34,222 nt of DNA from Dimorphilus gyrociliatus (taxonomy: Eukaryota; Animalia; Annelida): positions 1 through 34,222 of the forward strand of contig CAJFCJ010000120.1 in NCBI GenBank assembly GCA_904063045.1, given 5' to 3'. Positions 11,691 to 23,132 of the stretch are shown in pieces (position 1 is the stretch's first letter; the number at the start of each line of letters is the position of its first letter). The position numbers were made by a program, and so were the translations under genes. Under the pieces are notes generated by a model. It was not told the origin of the DNA. It was given only the letters and a program-made list of their open reading frames with translations, and made no database searches.

Positions 11691-12729
11691 ATGAATAGTA
11701 GAAATTATTAGAATTTGACTATTAATCACCCAATTCCAAATCCATTTAGATCATTTATAATTGGAATTCCAGTGATTTTAACATTCATTTCCACAACTTT
11801 CGCATTGATATTCTTACCAAAAATAAATCAAATATTAAAGATAACAAAAACTCTATTGTTGAATATAACAATAATTGATTTTGTATTCAACTTTCTTTCC
11901 ATACCAACATCATTGATTACATCAATCATTGGAGTATTTCCCTATGGATTTGTTTATTGTCAAATTATTGGTGTGACATTTATAACAACTGCTCTGATAT
12001 CATTATGGTCTATAACGATTGTATCAGTTGATCGTTACATTGCTGTAGGATATCCAGATAAGTTAGTAGTAAGATATTAGAGAATGATTTCTGATGATAT
12101 CCATATTTTTTTTAGGTATAAAACTATTGTAACTGATAAAAGAATAAAAATTGTCGTTGCTGTTTCATTGCTATTTCTATACAGTTTTGGTTGTTTACCA
12201 TTCATAAGAGTTTTCAAATTTGAATATTACACTTTCCAGGAAAGAGAATTAATATGTTCATTAGAAATAACATTAAATTTACATACATTTGTTGATACTT
12301 TTGTTGGACCATTGTTATCATCAGCAATAATATTATTCTCAACATTTAGAATTGCTGTTTTTTTAAAAAAACAAAATTCAATTACAGATTCCAAACAATT
12401 AAAAATAACAACATCAAAAAGAAATTTAAGGATAGTTAAAGTTTTAATTTTAACATTTGTAGCTTTCTATTTATTATGGTTTCCATTTATTGTTTCAATA
12501 TTTGGAAGAATGTTTAATTAGTCATTTTCAAAAAAATTCTTCCCTTCTCAGCTTTTTCTCATTTTGGTTGATATCATTCAATGGTTTTGTCAATACCTTG
12601 ATATATGTTTTTATATTTTCTAGTTTGAGGGAGAAACTTTTCAAATTATTGAATATTTGCAGTTTTAAACTATTCTTTAATAATCCTGGCAATAATTTTA
12701 ATACAGAGATTGGATTGTCACAAGAATGA
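11691..12729 (+). pseudogene. Class A GPCR paralogue with two lesions
   Basis: ATG at 11691 reads MNSRNY*NLTINHP (in-frame TAG at 11709-11711) and there is no later Met before TM3. VDRY motif. A 54-bp intron (12062-12115) sits at the same position and phase as in the 837-1843 gene. A 1-nt frameshift at about 12513-12521 separates TM6 (YLLWFP) from TM7 (FNGFVNTLIY). Confidence 0.85.
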
Positions 12730-12968
12730 ATGTGAAATTTTTTTCTAGTCTGTGTTATATGTTCATTTATAGAATTTCCTTTAAGAACTCTTGTTTTGTA
12801 TGCCTCTCTCTCTCTCTCTCTCTCTCCAAATTTCTTCAGTAGTAATTTCATCACCATGGGAACAATTATCTTCAGTCATATTGCTCTGTTTATTATTATT
12901 GGCATTTTGCCAAGACTAAGCCTCTTCTTTTGATATTTTCTCTGACCCCTTGGGTATAGCCAAGCACT

Positions 12969-13020
12969 GGGTTAGGGTTAGGGTAAAACCACTAATTTAT
13001 GGACGTTTTCTGTCACATCC
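12969..13020 (+). mobile_element. End of a short MITE-like dispersed element carrying telomeric (TTAGGG)n, copy A
   Basis: GGGTTAGGGTTAGGGTAAAACCACTAATTTATGGACGTTTTCTGTCACATCC aligns ungapped at 42/52 with the reverse complement of 27135-27186. Confidence 0.75.
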
Positions 13021-13453
13021 CTTTTGAGTTTTTGCAAACTGAGTGGAACAACCCTGATGTGCATGGCTCCTCATCAAGCCCTTTGGATCAAACTGTCAAA
13101 TATAAGCTTGCCCAGGTGATATAATAAAGCAGTAAAATTATTCTCTGTGAAGAAAACTGGCAAAAAAATCTTTTTTATCTATAGATATTCAAATTCTGTA
13201 ATTGTAAAAGACAATTGATGACCAATAAAAACTGGTAAAGAATATCAGCTTATTGTTAGAATATAAATTTATTAATTAACATTCTTCAATTTTATTGAGT
13301 TCTCTAGCTTGATATTAATTCTATAATCCTATAGAATATACAATTTATATATACTTAAAGAACAAGGAAACTATGTAGACGCAAAATCTTCTGTGACAAG
13401 GTCCATTGGTGGTACTCCAATCATGATAGGGCCATGCATTGGTACTACGAGAT

Positions 13454-13610
13454 GGGGTTGATGGAAAACGTCCACAAACCAGATTTTTTGAAGATAGATT
13501 TTGGGTTGAAAAATGGATTGAAGAAAAAAGATAGCCATTGATTTGTACTTAGGGGTGTATCATCTGAGGGCTAGGGTTAGGGTAAAAGCAAAGTTTGCAG
13601 GACAATTATT
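13454..13610. mobile_element. Degenerate copy B of the telomere-repeat element, with both terminal types
   Basis: The left end GGGGTTGATGGAAAACGTCC matches the family terminus in inverted orientation. GGGCTAGGGTTAGGGTAAAAGC at 13568-13589 matches the telomeric arm. The right end is decayed. Confidence 0.5.
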
Positions 13611-13629
13611 ACAGTGGAGAAGGTGTTAG

Positions 13630-14250
13630 TTTTTATGAAATTTGATTGCTAACATTTGTTCTTAGTTCCATAAATTCTCTATTGTATTTGAATTTGTTTC
13701 TTCCAATTGTAAAGATTATATCCAAACATAATGAAATTAAAAATAAGTTAGCAAAATCACCAACTGCTTTAGAGCAGCATCTAAGCCTTCTTCGCAATTT
13801 GTCAGAGTGTAGCAAGTGCTGTCTTGATTTGACACAGTGTTTGTAGATGTCTGGGGATGAAGCCAGAGCTATCAAATGTGAACGGCATTAGCAACATGTC
13901 CACAAGTTAATGGATAAAACCCCACATTTCCTTTTTTCTCCTTAGTTTCAATGTTCTTTTCCTAAAGTTCTTCAATAGGTTTCGTTTCTGGTTCTCCTCC
14001 TTCGATAGACTTCTCTTGTTCAATTGAGTTTTGTACTTTCCCTTCTAAAAGTTTTTGATCTACTTCTCATTGGCCTTGGTTTTCTTCTTTTGGTAAGTGT
14101 AGAAACTCTATGCCTATGCTACACTTTCTGTTGGATTGTAACTAATTTACTCTATGCATGTTCTATTGGAAAAACTCTTGACTTTCTGCATTATATTTGT
14201 CTTTTTCAGAACTGAATATATTCTCAAATGAGTGTTTTTTGAACAGATTT
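13630..14250 (-). pseudogene. Decayed E/K-rich coding-like remnant of unknown family
   Basis: One minus-strand frame reads ...QNSIEQEKSIEGGEPETKPIEEL*EKNIETKEKKGNVGFYPLTCGHVANAVHI**LWLHPQ... with scattered stops. No family assigned. Confidence 0.3.
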
Positions 14251-14361
14251 CAGGTTCTATTTTTAGCAAATTCACAAATAATTGGAAAAGATAAGGCAGA
14301 AATTTCAACAATTACAAAACAACTAGTACATTTGGGTTATTGAACTTTCTTTAAGAAATAA

Positions 14362-16005
14362 ATCATAGCGCGCTTAGTAGGTAAAAAAGGTATCCCCTTT
14401 TCGTATTTCTAAAGGTGACTCATTCTTCCCAAATATCTATTCAATAGTTTCTGATGAAAAGCCTCATGTTCATGAAAAAACAAAAAGTTTAGTCTCAAAT
14501 ATTAAAGCTAAGAAAAGTTTGAGAGATATCTGTGAAACTGATAATAAGTCATCAGGGAGAGTTATTGCAGAGATTGTTCTGCTAAAACATGTTGAAGAAG
14601 CAAATAGTTTGCCAAACATAGAAAAAATAAGAAGAATGGCAAATTTCAACAGACAAAAGAAAAGACCAAATGAACCACAAAGAATTGCTTTTGAACTAAA
14701 TATGGCTTTCATTCCAGATGATTTCCTGCAAAGAGATGTAACTGTAGGCAAACACAGAATCATAATTTTTGCTTCTAATCATCAACTAGCACTTTTAGGC
14801 AAAAGCAAGATATGTTACATGGATGGAACATTTAAAATTGTTAAACCACCATTCATTCAACTTTTTTCTTTGCATTCATTTTTAAAATATGAAGGAGAAA
14901 TGAAACAAGTGCCTTTAGCATTTGTATTAATGACATCAAAGAAAAAGAAAGTATATAAGATTGTATTTAAGGTACACCTTTTTTAAATAAAAAACTTCAT
15001 AAAACTTTATAATATTTTTCAACAGGAAATTCAAAGTCTAATGAATGGATGGACACCAAAGAAATTTGTTGTTGATTTTGAAATGGGATTGTGGACAGCT
15101 CTAGATGCTATATTCCCTCAAGTTTTCATTCAAGGGTGTGTTTTTCATTGGACACAAGCAGTTTTTCGTCAAATTAAAGTATTATTAGTAGAATTGTTAA
15201 AAAAAATATTTTCTGTACAAATTTCTGTTTTAGATGCTTGGGTATTCTTTGGACTATAATGACAATATGCCAAATAGGAAACTACTCACACATTTATTGG
15301 CCTTACCCTTTCTTCCTTTTGATGTTATTCCTCATACATTCTCAATGTTGAGAAATGAAGCAATAGAGAAAAATATGTATTTGGATTTATATAATTATGT
15401 TGAAAAAAATTGGATAATAAGCTCAACTTGGAAACCAGAAAATTGGTCTATTTTTGGTTTGGCTATTCATACAAATAATGATGTGGAGGGATGGCATAGA
15501 AGAATGAATGAAAAGACAGCTTCTAAGGGCTCTTTTTATAAATTAATAGATACCCTGAAACATGAGGCAGCTCTAGTTCCAGTTGTACAAAAGTTGATGT
15601 CTGAGAGGAAAATGAAAAAGTATCAAAAGAAGAGCTTCTTAATAGTTCAGAACAAAATATTCAATATCTGGAAGGAATATAAACTAGGAGAGATAACAGC
15701 ATTACAGCTTTTGGAAAAATCTGCAACCACTTATACTCATTAGTAACTTTTCTATTTTTAGTTGTTTTATCTTATGTTATGTACAAAGATGAAGGTAGAA
15801 TATTTTTTTAGACATTCAGTAAACTTCTTTTTATGCAACATTATTTAAAGAAAATACATACTTGGATTGAAAATTAGGCTTACATTTTATATTTACTTAA
15901 AAAGAGTACCTAGGCCATTTTCTCCCAAACTTGGGCCGTTTTCTCCCATACTCGAAATTTTAGCTCTTTTTGTCATGAATCAGGCCGTTTTATACCATAC
16001 TCCCC
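14362..16005 (+). mobile_element. Mutator-like (MULE) DNA transposon, 5'-truncated, with intron-containing transposase and a surviving right terminus
   Basis: MULE core motifs YMDGTF, VVDFE, GCVFHW.QA and TNNDVEGWH join in frame via phase-0 introns 14972-15025 and 15179-15233; stop at 15743. PHVH zinc-finger remnant at about 14462-14473. Right end has three GGCC(A/G)TTTT(C/A)T(C/A)CCA repeats (15913, 15934, 15983) ending in ...CCATACTCCCC. No matching left TIR seen. Confidence 0.9.
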
Positions 16006-16864
16006 AATCATATATATTCTAATATTATATTAAAAAGCTTTTGTTAAAAATTAGAGTTGTATTGTAAAAAATCTATTTTAAGATTTCAAGAATTAATTAG
16101 ACATTTTCTGGCAAACAAAAAGAAAAGAAAAAAATATAGAGAATGCAACCAAACACAAAATTACTTCAAGATTGAGAAAAATCCAATGAGTATGGGAAAA
16201 CTCATCCCCTTTATCAGGAATAATCATCCCCTATTCTAAAAATTGATAAATACTGAAATAAATAAAAATAACTGAAAAAAATGAAATATTGAATGAGAAT
16301 TATGTAGAAAAAAAGTAGTTGCTCACTTCCTGTTGACAGCTTTCAAAAGTGCATAACTTTAATTGATAATTTGGCCTAGTTATTAGAGGTCTGTTAAGAG
16401 CAAAAATTCTGTGAGTATATTGTTAATAAGCCAATTGTATGTGCTAAATAGTGTTTTTGATTGTCAAATTTCTTCGTTTGTGTTGGGGAAAAAACCAATC
16501 AAACTTTTTCATCAATTAGACAAGATAATAGCTTTGTTCAATTGGAATTGTTGTGCTTAAGTATTCTTATTTTTTTTAATGACCTAATTATTACCGGCCT
16601 ATTTATTTGTAGACATCTCCAAAACAAAGAACTAAGTGTTAATTACAGTGCAAACATTACAAATGTTAATAGACATTTAATAATGAAATATTAATAAAAA
16701 AACATTATTTTTTTTGGAATATGCAAAATATTTAAAGGGTATAAACTTTTTTGACGGGTACCAGTTTTCGTCTTTGCTGTTCACTATGGGAACATCAAGA
16801 TTAAAAATTTAATTGTTATCCTAAATGCAAAACATCTTTTATTCGTTCCAATTTATTAGATTCG

Positions 16865-19800
16865 TCAATTGATAGATGCAGCTACAATGGAATTGACAAA
16901 GGAACAAAGAACATTGAAAAGATGCATTTTAAAAATTATCTGTATATATATATACATATTGTGATGTAATAGTCTTTCATGTTCAAAAGAATATTTGTTA
17001 CGTAAGAAATATGAAAATGTCAAATTGTAACATTTCATCTTTGCAAGCCTTTGACCAAGAATTTCTTGCTCCAATTGAATTTTAACTGTTTTACAATTTT
17101 CGTTGATATTTTGTGCGGAGCATGTTTGATTTGAACAACCTCTTGCAAATGTTACTGTCCCTAAAATTTCTGTTCTATAAGCCCAACAGTCGCCAATACC
17201 GCAATCGATCACTCTAACTTTGTTTGTTGAGTTCCTTATATCGGATATATCATTCCCACAATCCACTTGGTTTCCTTTGCATTCGAAACATTTTCCTAAA
17301 ATTTGAAAGTACAATATAGACAATAAATATTATATGGAATTATTAAAAATAAAATGGCTGACTTGCGCATTCTCTGTTATAATTGTGTAAATAGAATCCT
17401 GGTTTGCATTTCGAACATATACGACCATGAGTGCAGATTCCACACCCAGTAATTCAACAGGAAATGCAAGCCAACTTATCATCTTGTAAAGTATATGATG
17501 ATTCACAATTAAGACACTTGGCCGGCCCATTGGATGGCATAAGCCCACACTTTGCGCAATTGGCAAAGGCAGCTTCTGAATAAGGTACACATGTTCCATC
17601 AGTTTTAAGCGAATAGGCATTCGATACACATTTTGTACATTTTGTTGTCTTATCACTGTTTGCAGTACAGATTTCGCAATTGGATGGGCAGGGAAGGCAA
17701 CTTCCGTCAAACGCTTTAGCGTATCTATGGTAACATTTTAAACATTCGTATTTTTTATTATGTGAACACATTCTAAAATTGGAGAATAATTCACATTTTA
17801 AAATGATAGAGAGAGAGAGAGAGAGAGATAATATCTAAGAAAAAAAAAGTTTACTTACTGTCACAAACATTTGGTGTTATTCCAGTATTTAATTTGTACC
17901 CTTTTTTACATAGTTTTGGTATGAGAGTATCGGATTGAGCACTTTCATAAGCACACCTTTCAACACCTATACCTGTACAGACAGTACAGGTACCATCAAC
18001 TCTGTCTCTTATAAAACCTTGTTTGCAACCATTTGGTATGCAAGTTATTCCATCAGTGCAGAATGAGCAATCGTTAATGCAGGATTGACAATTTCCAGTA
18101 TTATCCATATAATTTCCAGTGTTGCACTGAAGACACTTGAAAATATTGTCAATATCTTTTACACAGAGAGCACAACTTCCAAGACTAATTGGACATGACT
18201 CACACTTGAAATCGGCGTCTTTAAGACCACTTCCTCCACTAGTACAAGCAAATTGTAGACAGTAAGATTGAGTTTCATCATCTGGGTCGACTCTGCATTC
18301 ACCACAATTATTTGGGCAAGGAATACAGTTTTTTGATGAGTTCAATACATAACTAGGCTTACATTCAGTACATTGATTTGCAGTTGATCCAGTTGAATCA
18401 GTAGAGCATTTTTTACATCCTGTTTGGCAAGCTATACAACTTCCCTTATTATTATTTCCTGTATGATATAATCCGAATTCATCTTGGCATTGAGTACATG
18501 TATCAACGTTATTAGGTAGTGTGGTTGATTCTGTACAATCTCTGCAGTCTGCAATAGAGCCTGGTATAATTCCAGCACAATTTAAACATTGATTTCTGGC
18601 TCTATTTCCGATATAGTTTGCTGGACATTCTGAACAATCGCAAACATCTGATGTAAGTTTAAATTTTCCTGTAACACAATTAGGAAAATTAGCATCTGCG
18701 CAAGGAATACAACCATTTCCTGCCCCATTTAAAAGTTTCCCAGGCAGACAATCACATGAGCAGCGATCTTCACTTAGCCCTATTAATCCACCTGTGCAGG
18801 TAAACGCAGAACAATCTATACAAGATTTTCCATCTTCTGATGGAAACTTATTGGTTGAACATGCTGAGCATGTGCATTCAGATATTCCATTAATTAATCT
18901 TAAATTATGCGTTACACAATCGGGCATATTTGTACAAGTTTTGCATTCTCCACCACCAGGTACTAAAATATTTGTACTTCCGGCTGAAGCTGTTGCACAC
19001 TTTCCACAAATTCAAACGCCATTATATGATGTTGTTAATTGACAATTTGGAATCGGATTTGTGCATACAGTACAAGTGTATTTATTAATTGGATTTCAAG
19101 GAAATCCAATGACAGACCCATTTGGACATTGAATACATCTACCATCCGTGTCAGCATCTGTATTGATACTTGAATAACCTAGGCAATTTGCGTCTGCTGG
19201 AGCTTGATTTGCCAAATTTACTAGTACTGGTTCTGATCCAGGTGTGCTATGAGTAAAATAGTTGATACCTGGTTTGCCACAGAAAGCACTTGTGCTGATA
19301 GAATGCATATATCCAGGTGAGCAGGATGTCGCCCAAGAAGTTGATCCTATACATATAGTAGAATCAAATTTTAGAACATAGCCAGGCTCGCACGCATAAC
19401 ACTCTGTAATTGACGGTGCTGCAGCGTCCCCAACGTATAAGGAACACCCCTGAATAGGTGGATGGCAAGCATTTGTATAACCCTTATTTAATGCGTTATA
19501 TACTCCAGAGTTTGTCTTGCCAGTAGAGCAAGTTTGGCATTGACAAGGACTATTGGCAGCTGTTGCCCATTGAACATTACAGTTCGCTACAGGGGATAAA
19601 CAAGGGGCTGATTGGTAATTGTAACCCTTGCCACTGCTGCAAGATGTACATATAACATCTGAACCGGAATAGAAGCATTTCTCGCAATTGGGATGAGCCG
19701 ATGAGCATGACGGACATAAATTTGTTGCTGGATCTTTATAAAATCCTTCAGCGCAAAGTGAACAATCCCTTCGATTTCATTCTCATCATGAACGTCTATT

Positions 19801-21301
19801 GATTCGCATTCCCCTCTATTTGGACAATTATCTGTGCAAACTCGAGTAGAAAATTTGAATATTTTATTAACGCCAGCACCACCAGATGCGCAAGCGGATC
19901 TTCTACATTTAACATCGTTGCCAATAACTTCGCAATGATCGCAATTACTCAACGATGAGCAAGATAGGCAGCTATCTATAGTTGTTGTTCCAGTTGCGAA
20001 TTTAGGTGCATACCTTAAACTGCATTTTTTACAGATTGACCCAGTTACAGTTTTCTTACAATAGTCACATCCTGTAGAACATGGAAAACATATTCCAGTT
20101 GAATCATCGAATCGAAAACCTAGGTGTCACTGCTTGAGAATTCTTAAAATAACATTTCTGACAAAATGGCGGACAAGCTAGAGAGATAAGGATAAGAGAA
20201 TATGGTTGATTTGAAATTTGAATTATTTCATAATTTACCTATACATTTCCCATCATTTCTTCTACTCCATGATTTTCCATTACTATCATTTTCTATGCAA
20301 GAATGTCTTGCATTTAAATCACCACCACCATTACACTCTGCTCTAGAATTTATTGTACTCCATGCACAAGAATTACAATTGTCTGGACATTTAATACATA
20401 AACCATTTGAATCTAACATATATTTTGCCTCACATCTATCAGTTTTACATACAAGTTTGTCATTGGAAATTTCACATTCTAGACAATTTTCTGGACATTT
20501 ATCGCAAGTTTTCAAACTAATTATTGCATAATCAACTTTACATTTAGTACATTTAAACAACGTCATCTGATTGTTGTTGGCAAGCATGACAATATCTTGA
20601 ACAGGCTGAACAAGAACCATCTTTTAAAAAATAGCCATTATTACATTTTATACATTTATTAACTCCACTTCTTTCATTTCCAGATGCATTTAATACAGTT
20701 TGATGGGCATTGAGTGCATTGATTTGTAGAATTACTCAATGCAAAATTAGAATAGCATTCTGTACATTTTGCTTCACTTGTACAATTTCTACATCCGCTT
20801 GAGCATTCTAAAAAAACATCATATAATTTTTTAACTTCTTTATGAATGAATTTTAAAAATTCAACTTTTTAGTGGAAACATACCTGAGCATTTTGAATTT
20901 TTCAAATAGTAATGATCAATGCATCCAGTGCATACTGTAGCATCATTTTCAATTGAAACATCAGATTTTAGCATACACTTCTCTTTTGAACAAAAATTTG
21001 GGCATTCTGGTTCTTTAAGAAAAAATTAAATTAAACAAAAAAATTTTCTTGGACATTTACTAAAACATTTCAGCTTGTCAATTGAATGAATTCGTCCACT
21101 TGAACAAATTCCGCAAGTTGTAAGACGATTACCACTTTGTCCATTTTCACAATTATAGATATCAGTACTCAGTAGAGTTGCAGATTGGGAATCTATTGAA
21201 TATTTTGAAAAGATAAGAACTCTCTGATTCCAATCACATATAAAAACAAACTTACATTTAAAATGCAAGAGATAAAGTGCTAAAAGAATAAACTTCTCCA
21301 T
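16865..21301 (-). pseudogene. Large secreted/surface Cys-rich protein (many furin-like CxxC repeats) ending in a Ly6/uPAR-like three-finger domain; multiply disrupted
   Basis: Signal peptide MEKFILLALYLLHFKYSQS after splicing the first intron. Exons join via GT-AG introns. Many C-x2-C...C-x2-C-P-x2-C units. C-terminal KCFECKG...DCGIGDCW...ARGC. Frameshifts at about 20677, 20555, 20125 and 19768; in-frame TGA at 19096, 19012 and 17454. Confidence 0.85.
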
Positions 21302-21694
21302 CAGGTGTTGATCAATTTTGTTCTGAGTCTTCCTGTCTCTGAATCTCTTTTATAGGAAAGATTTTGTTTTGATCATTCAATTCTGACAATTCAACACCAG
21401 AATAACAGTATTAAACTGTATTTTCTCAAATAGTTGTAATTTAATACATGGTTCATAGCTTTAAAGAGGGGAGGGATGTGTTGAAAGGTTGGATTTTGGG
21501 TTGACAACTAATGAAATGGGTTAAATAATAAAAAAGAAAACAAACAACTTGCAATCTGGTGGGTCTAGACTGATGATAAACTAGATAATAGGTCTTGTTT
21601 AGGGGTTTGGTAAAACAGAAACACTCTAGGCAGTTTCAACAATACTTGAGTACAGATGTCAAACTTCAAAGATACTTGCATTAAACTTACTTTT

Positions 21695-21718
21695 TGTAGC
21701 TAACAATAGTTAGCTACA
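21695..21718. other. Perfect 10-bp inverted repeat with a 4-nt loop
   Basis: TGTAGCTAAC-AATA-GTTAGCTACA, directly visible. Confidence 0.8.
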
Positions 21719-21879
21719 GTTTCTACAACTAAATCAAAATACAAAGTAAACTATTGGACAGATATTCATGAATAATATCTCTCTTTGTAAACGCAAGACA
21801 AAAAACTTTAAAAGTCTATTACAGAACTCTATGGTTCTAGATTTTCATAAAATCACCAGGTGGATCATTGAGTAGATGT

Positions 21880-22809
21880 ACAAGAAAACAAGCCTTTTAT
21901 TACGTAACTGAAATTTAGTTAAGCTGATTTAATAATAAACTTGAAATTTCTATCATTTACCTTTGTTATTTCAATTCGAGAAGAATATTTTGGATTTGTT
22001 TATTGTCAAATTATGGGTTTAATTTACCTTTCGAGTGCAATGGTATCATTCTGGTCGAATACAATTATATCAATTGATCGTTTCATTGCTGTCAGATACC
22101 CGAATAGGTTTTGAATAATTCTTTTTATTACCAGTTTATTTTCTATGCAGTTTGTAATCTTTTTCCCCTTTCCAAAACAGATATAAAGATATTATTACTT
22201 TTAAGAGAATAAAAATTATTTTAGTTTTAAGTTGGTTGATATTATTTTTATTTGGTGTTTTGAATTATATTAAACAAGTGAACTTTGGTTATTATACATT
22301 CTTACCTACTGAAATGATTTGTACAACAGCACCTATTTTAAATACTCAAGTACTGATCTATATGGTTACTGGACCAATTATGTCAACTGGTATAATTGCA
22401 TTTTCATGTTTCAAGATAATTCTATTACTTAAAAAGCAAATAACAAAAATACACACAAATGCAAATTCCGTTCAAAAGCAAGTCAGTCAATCAACAAAAA
22501 GGAATTTTCGTGTAATAAAATTATTAGTTTTAACTGTTGTAACTTATTATTGTCTTTGGTCGCCATTTAATATTCTCTTAATTGGAAGAATACTAAGTGA
22601 TACATGGGATGAAAGAGTATTTCTAAAATTTTTCTTCCTGTGGTTTGCAAATCTCAGTAGTTTTGTCAATACTTTGTTGTATATATATATATGTCTTTTC
22701 TAGTGTTAGGGATAAATTCGTAGCATTCTTTAATATTTTACTCTGCAATATTATCCGTAAAAGAGAAAATAACCAATCAGAATCTGTTGCAGATGAAAGT
22801 CTTCAATAG
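21880..22809 (+). pseudogene. Class A GPCR paralogue with a decayed 5' end and a microsatellite frameshift in TM7
   Basis: Readable from TM2 (ADLIIN) through YCQIMG...IDRFIAVRYPNR. A 73-bp phase-2 intron (22108-22180) lies at the family-conserved position. TM6 YCLWSP, TM7 FVNTLLY. (AT)6 at 22681-22692 shifts the frame before VFSSVRDK. The region upstream of TM2 has stops and no clear start. Confidence 0.85.
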
Positions 22810-23132
22810 ATATTATATTAAGACTTTGTAAACAAACTCTGTACAAAAATCAGTTCATTTTTCAATGTTGTTTCTTAAGACTTTACAATAAATTGTTAAC
22901 TGGACACAAAAGTAGCCTTGACAACAAATTAATTACCGTCATTTATCTCTCCCAGTTGTTATATATTTGCAGACAAAAATGCTTACTAATTATTGTAGAG
23001 TGAGCTGTGTCAGCAGAATATTTTAAATATACTGATACGCTAAATTTCCTTACATATACAGGTATTTATCTATATATATATATATAGGTTTTTCTTCTAC
23101 AGATTCATTAGTATAAAGAAAGCTTTTGAACA

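Noticed and set aside
12969-12984. True telomere or chromosome-fusion site
   Set aside because: Only 2-3 TTAGGG units, embedded at fixed spacing within a dispersed repeat.
3638-20679. General Euplotes-like +1 frameshifting at stop codons (ACA TGA at 3638, AAT TAG at 12519, GTT TAA at 20553, AAA TGA at 20674 are all rescued by skipping one base)
   Set aside because: The same Cys-rich gene also has a -1 shift (about 19768) and a deletion removing cysteines (about 20125), and an early out-of-frame stop is expected in AT-rich DNA. Ordinary indels explain the pattern; only the RBR site is kept as a lead.
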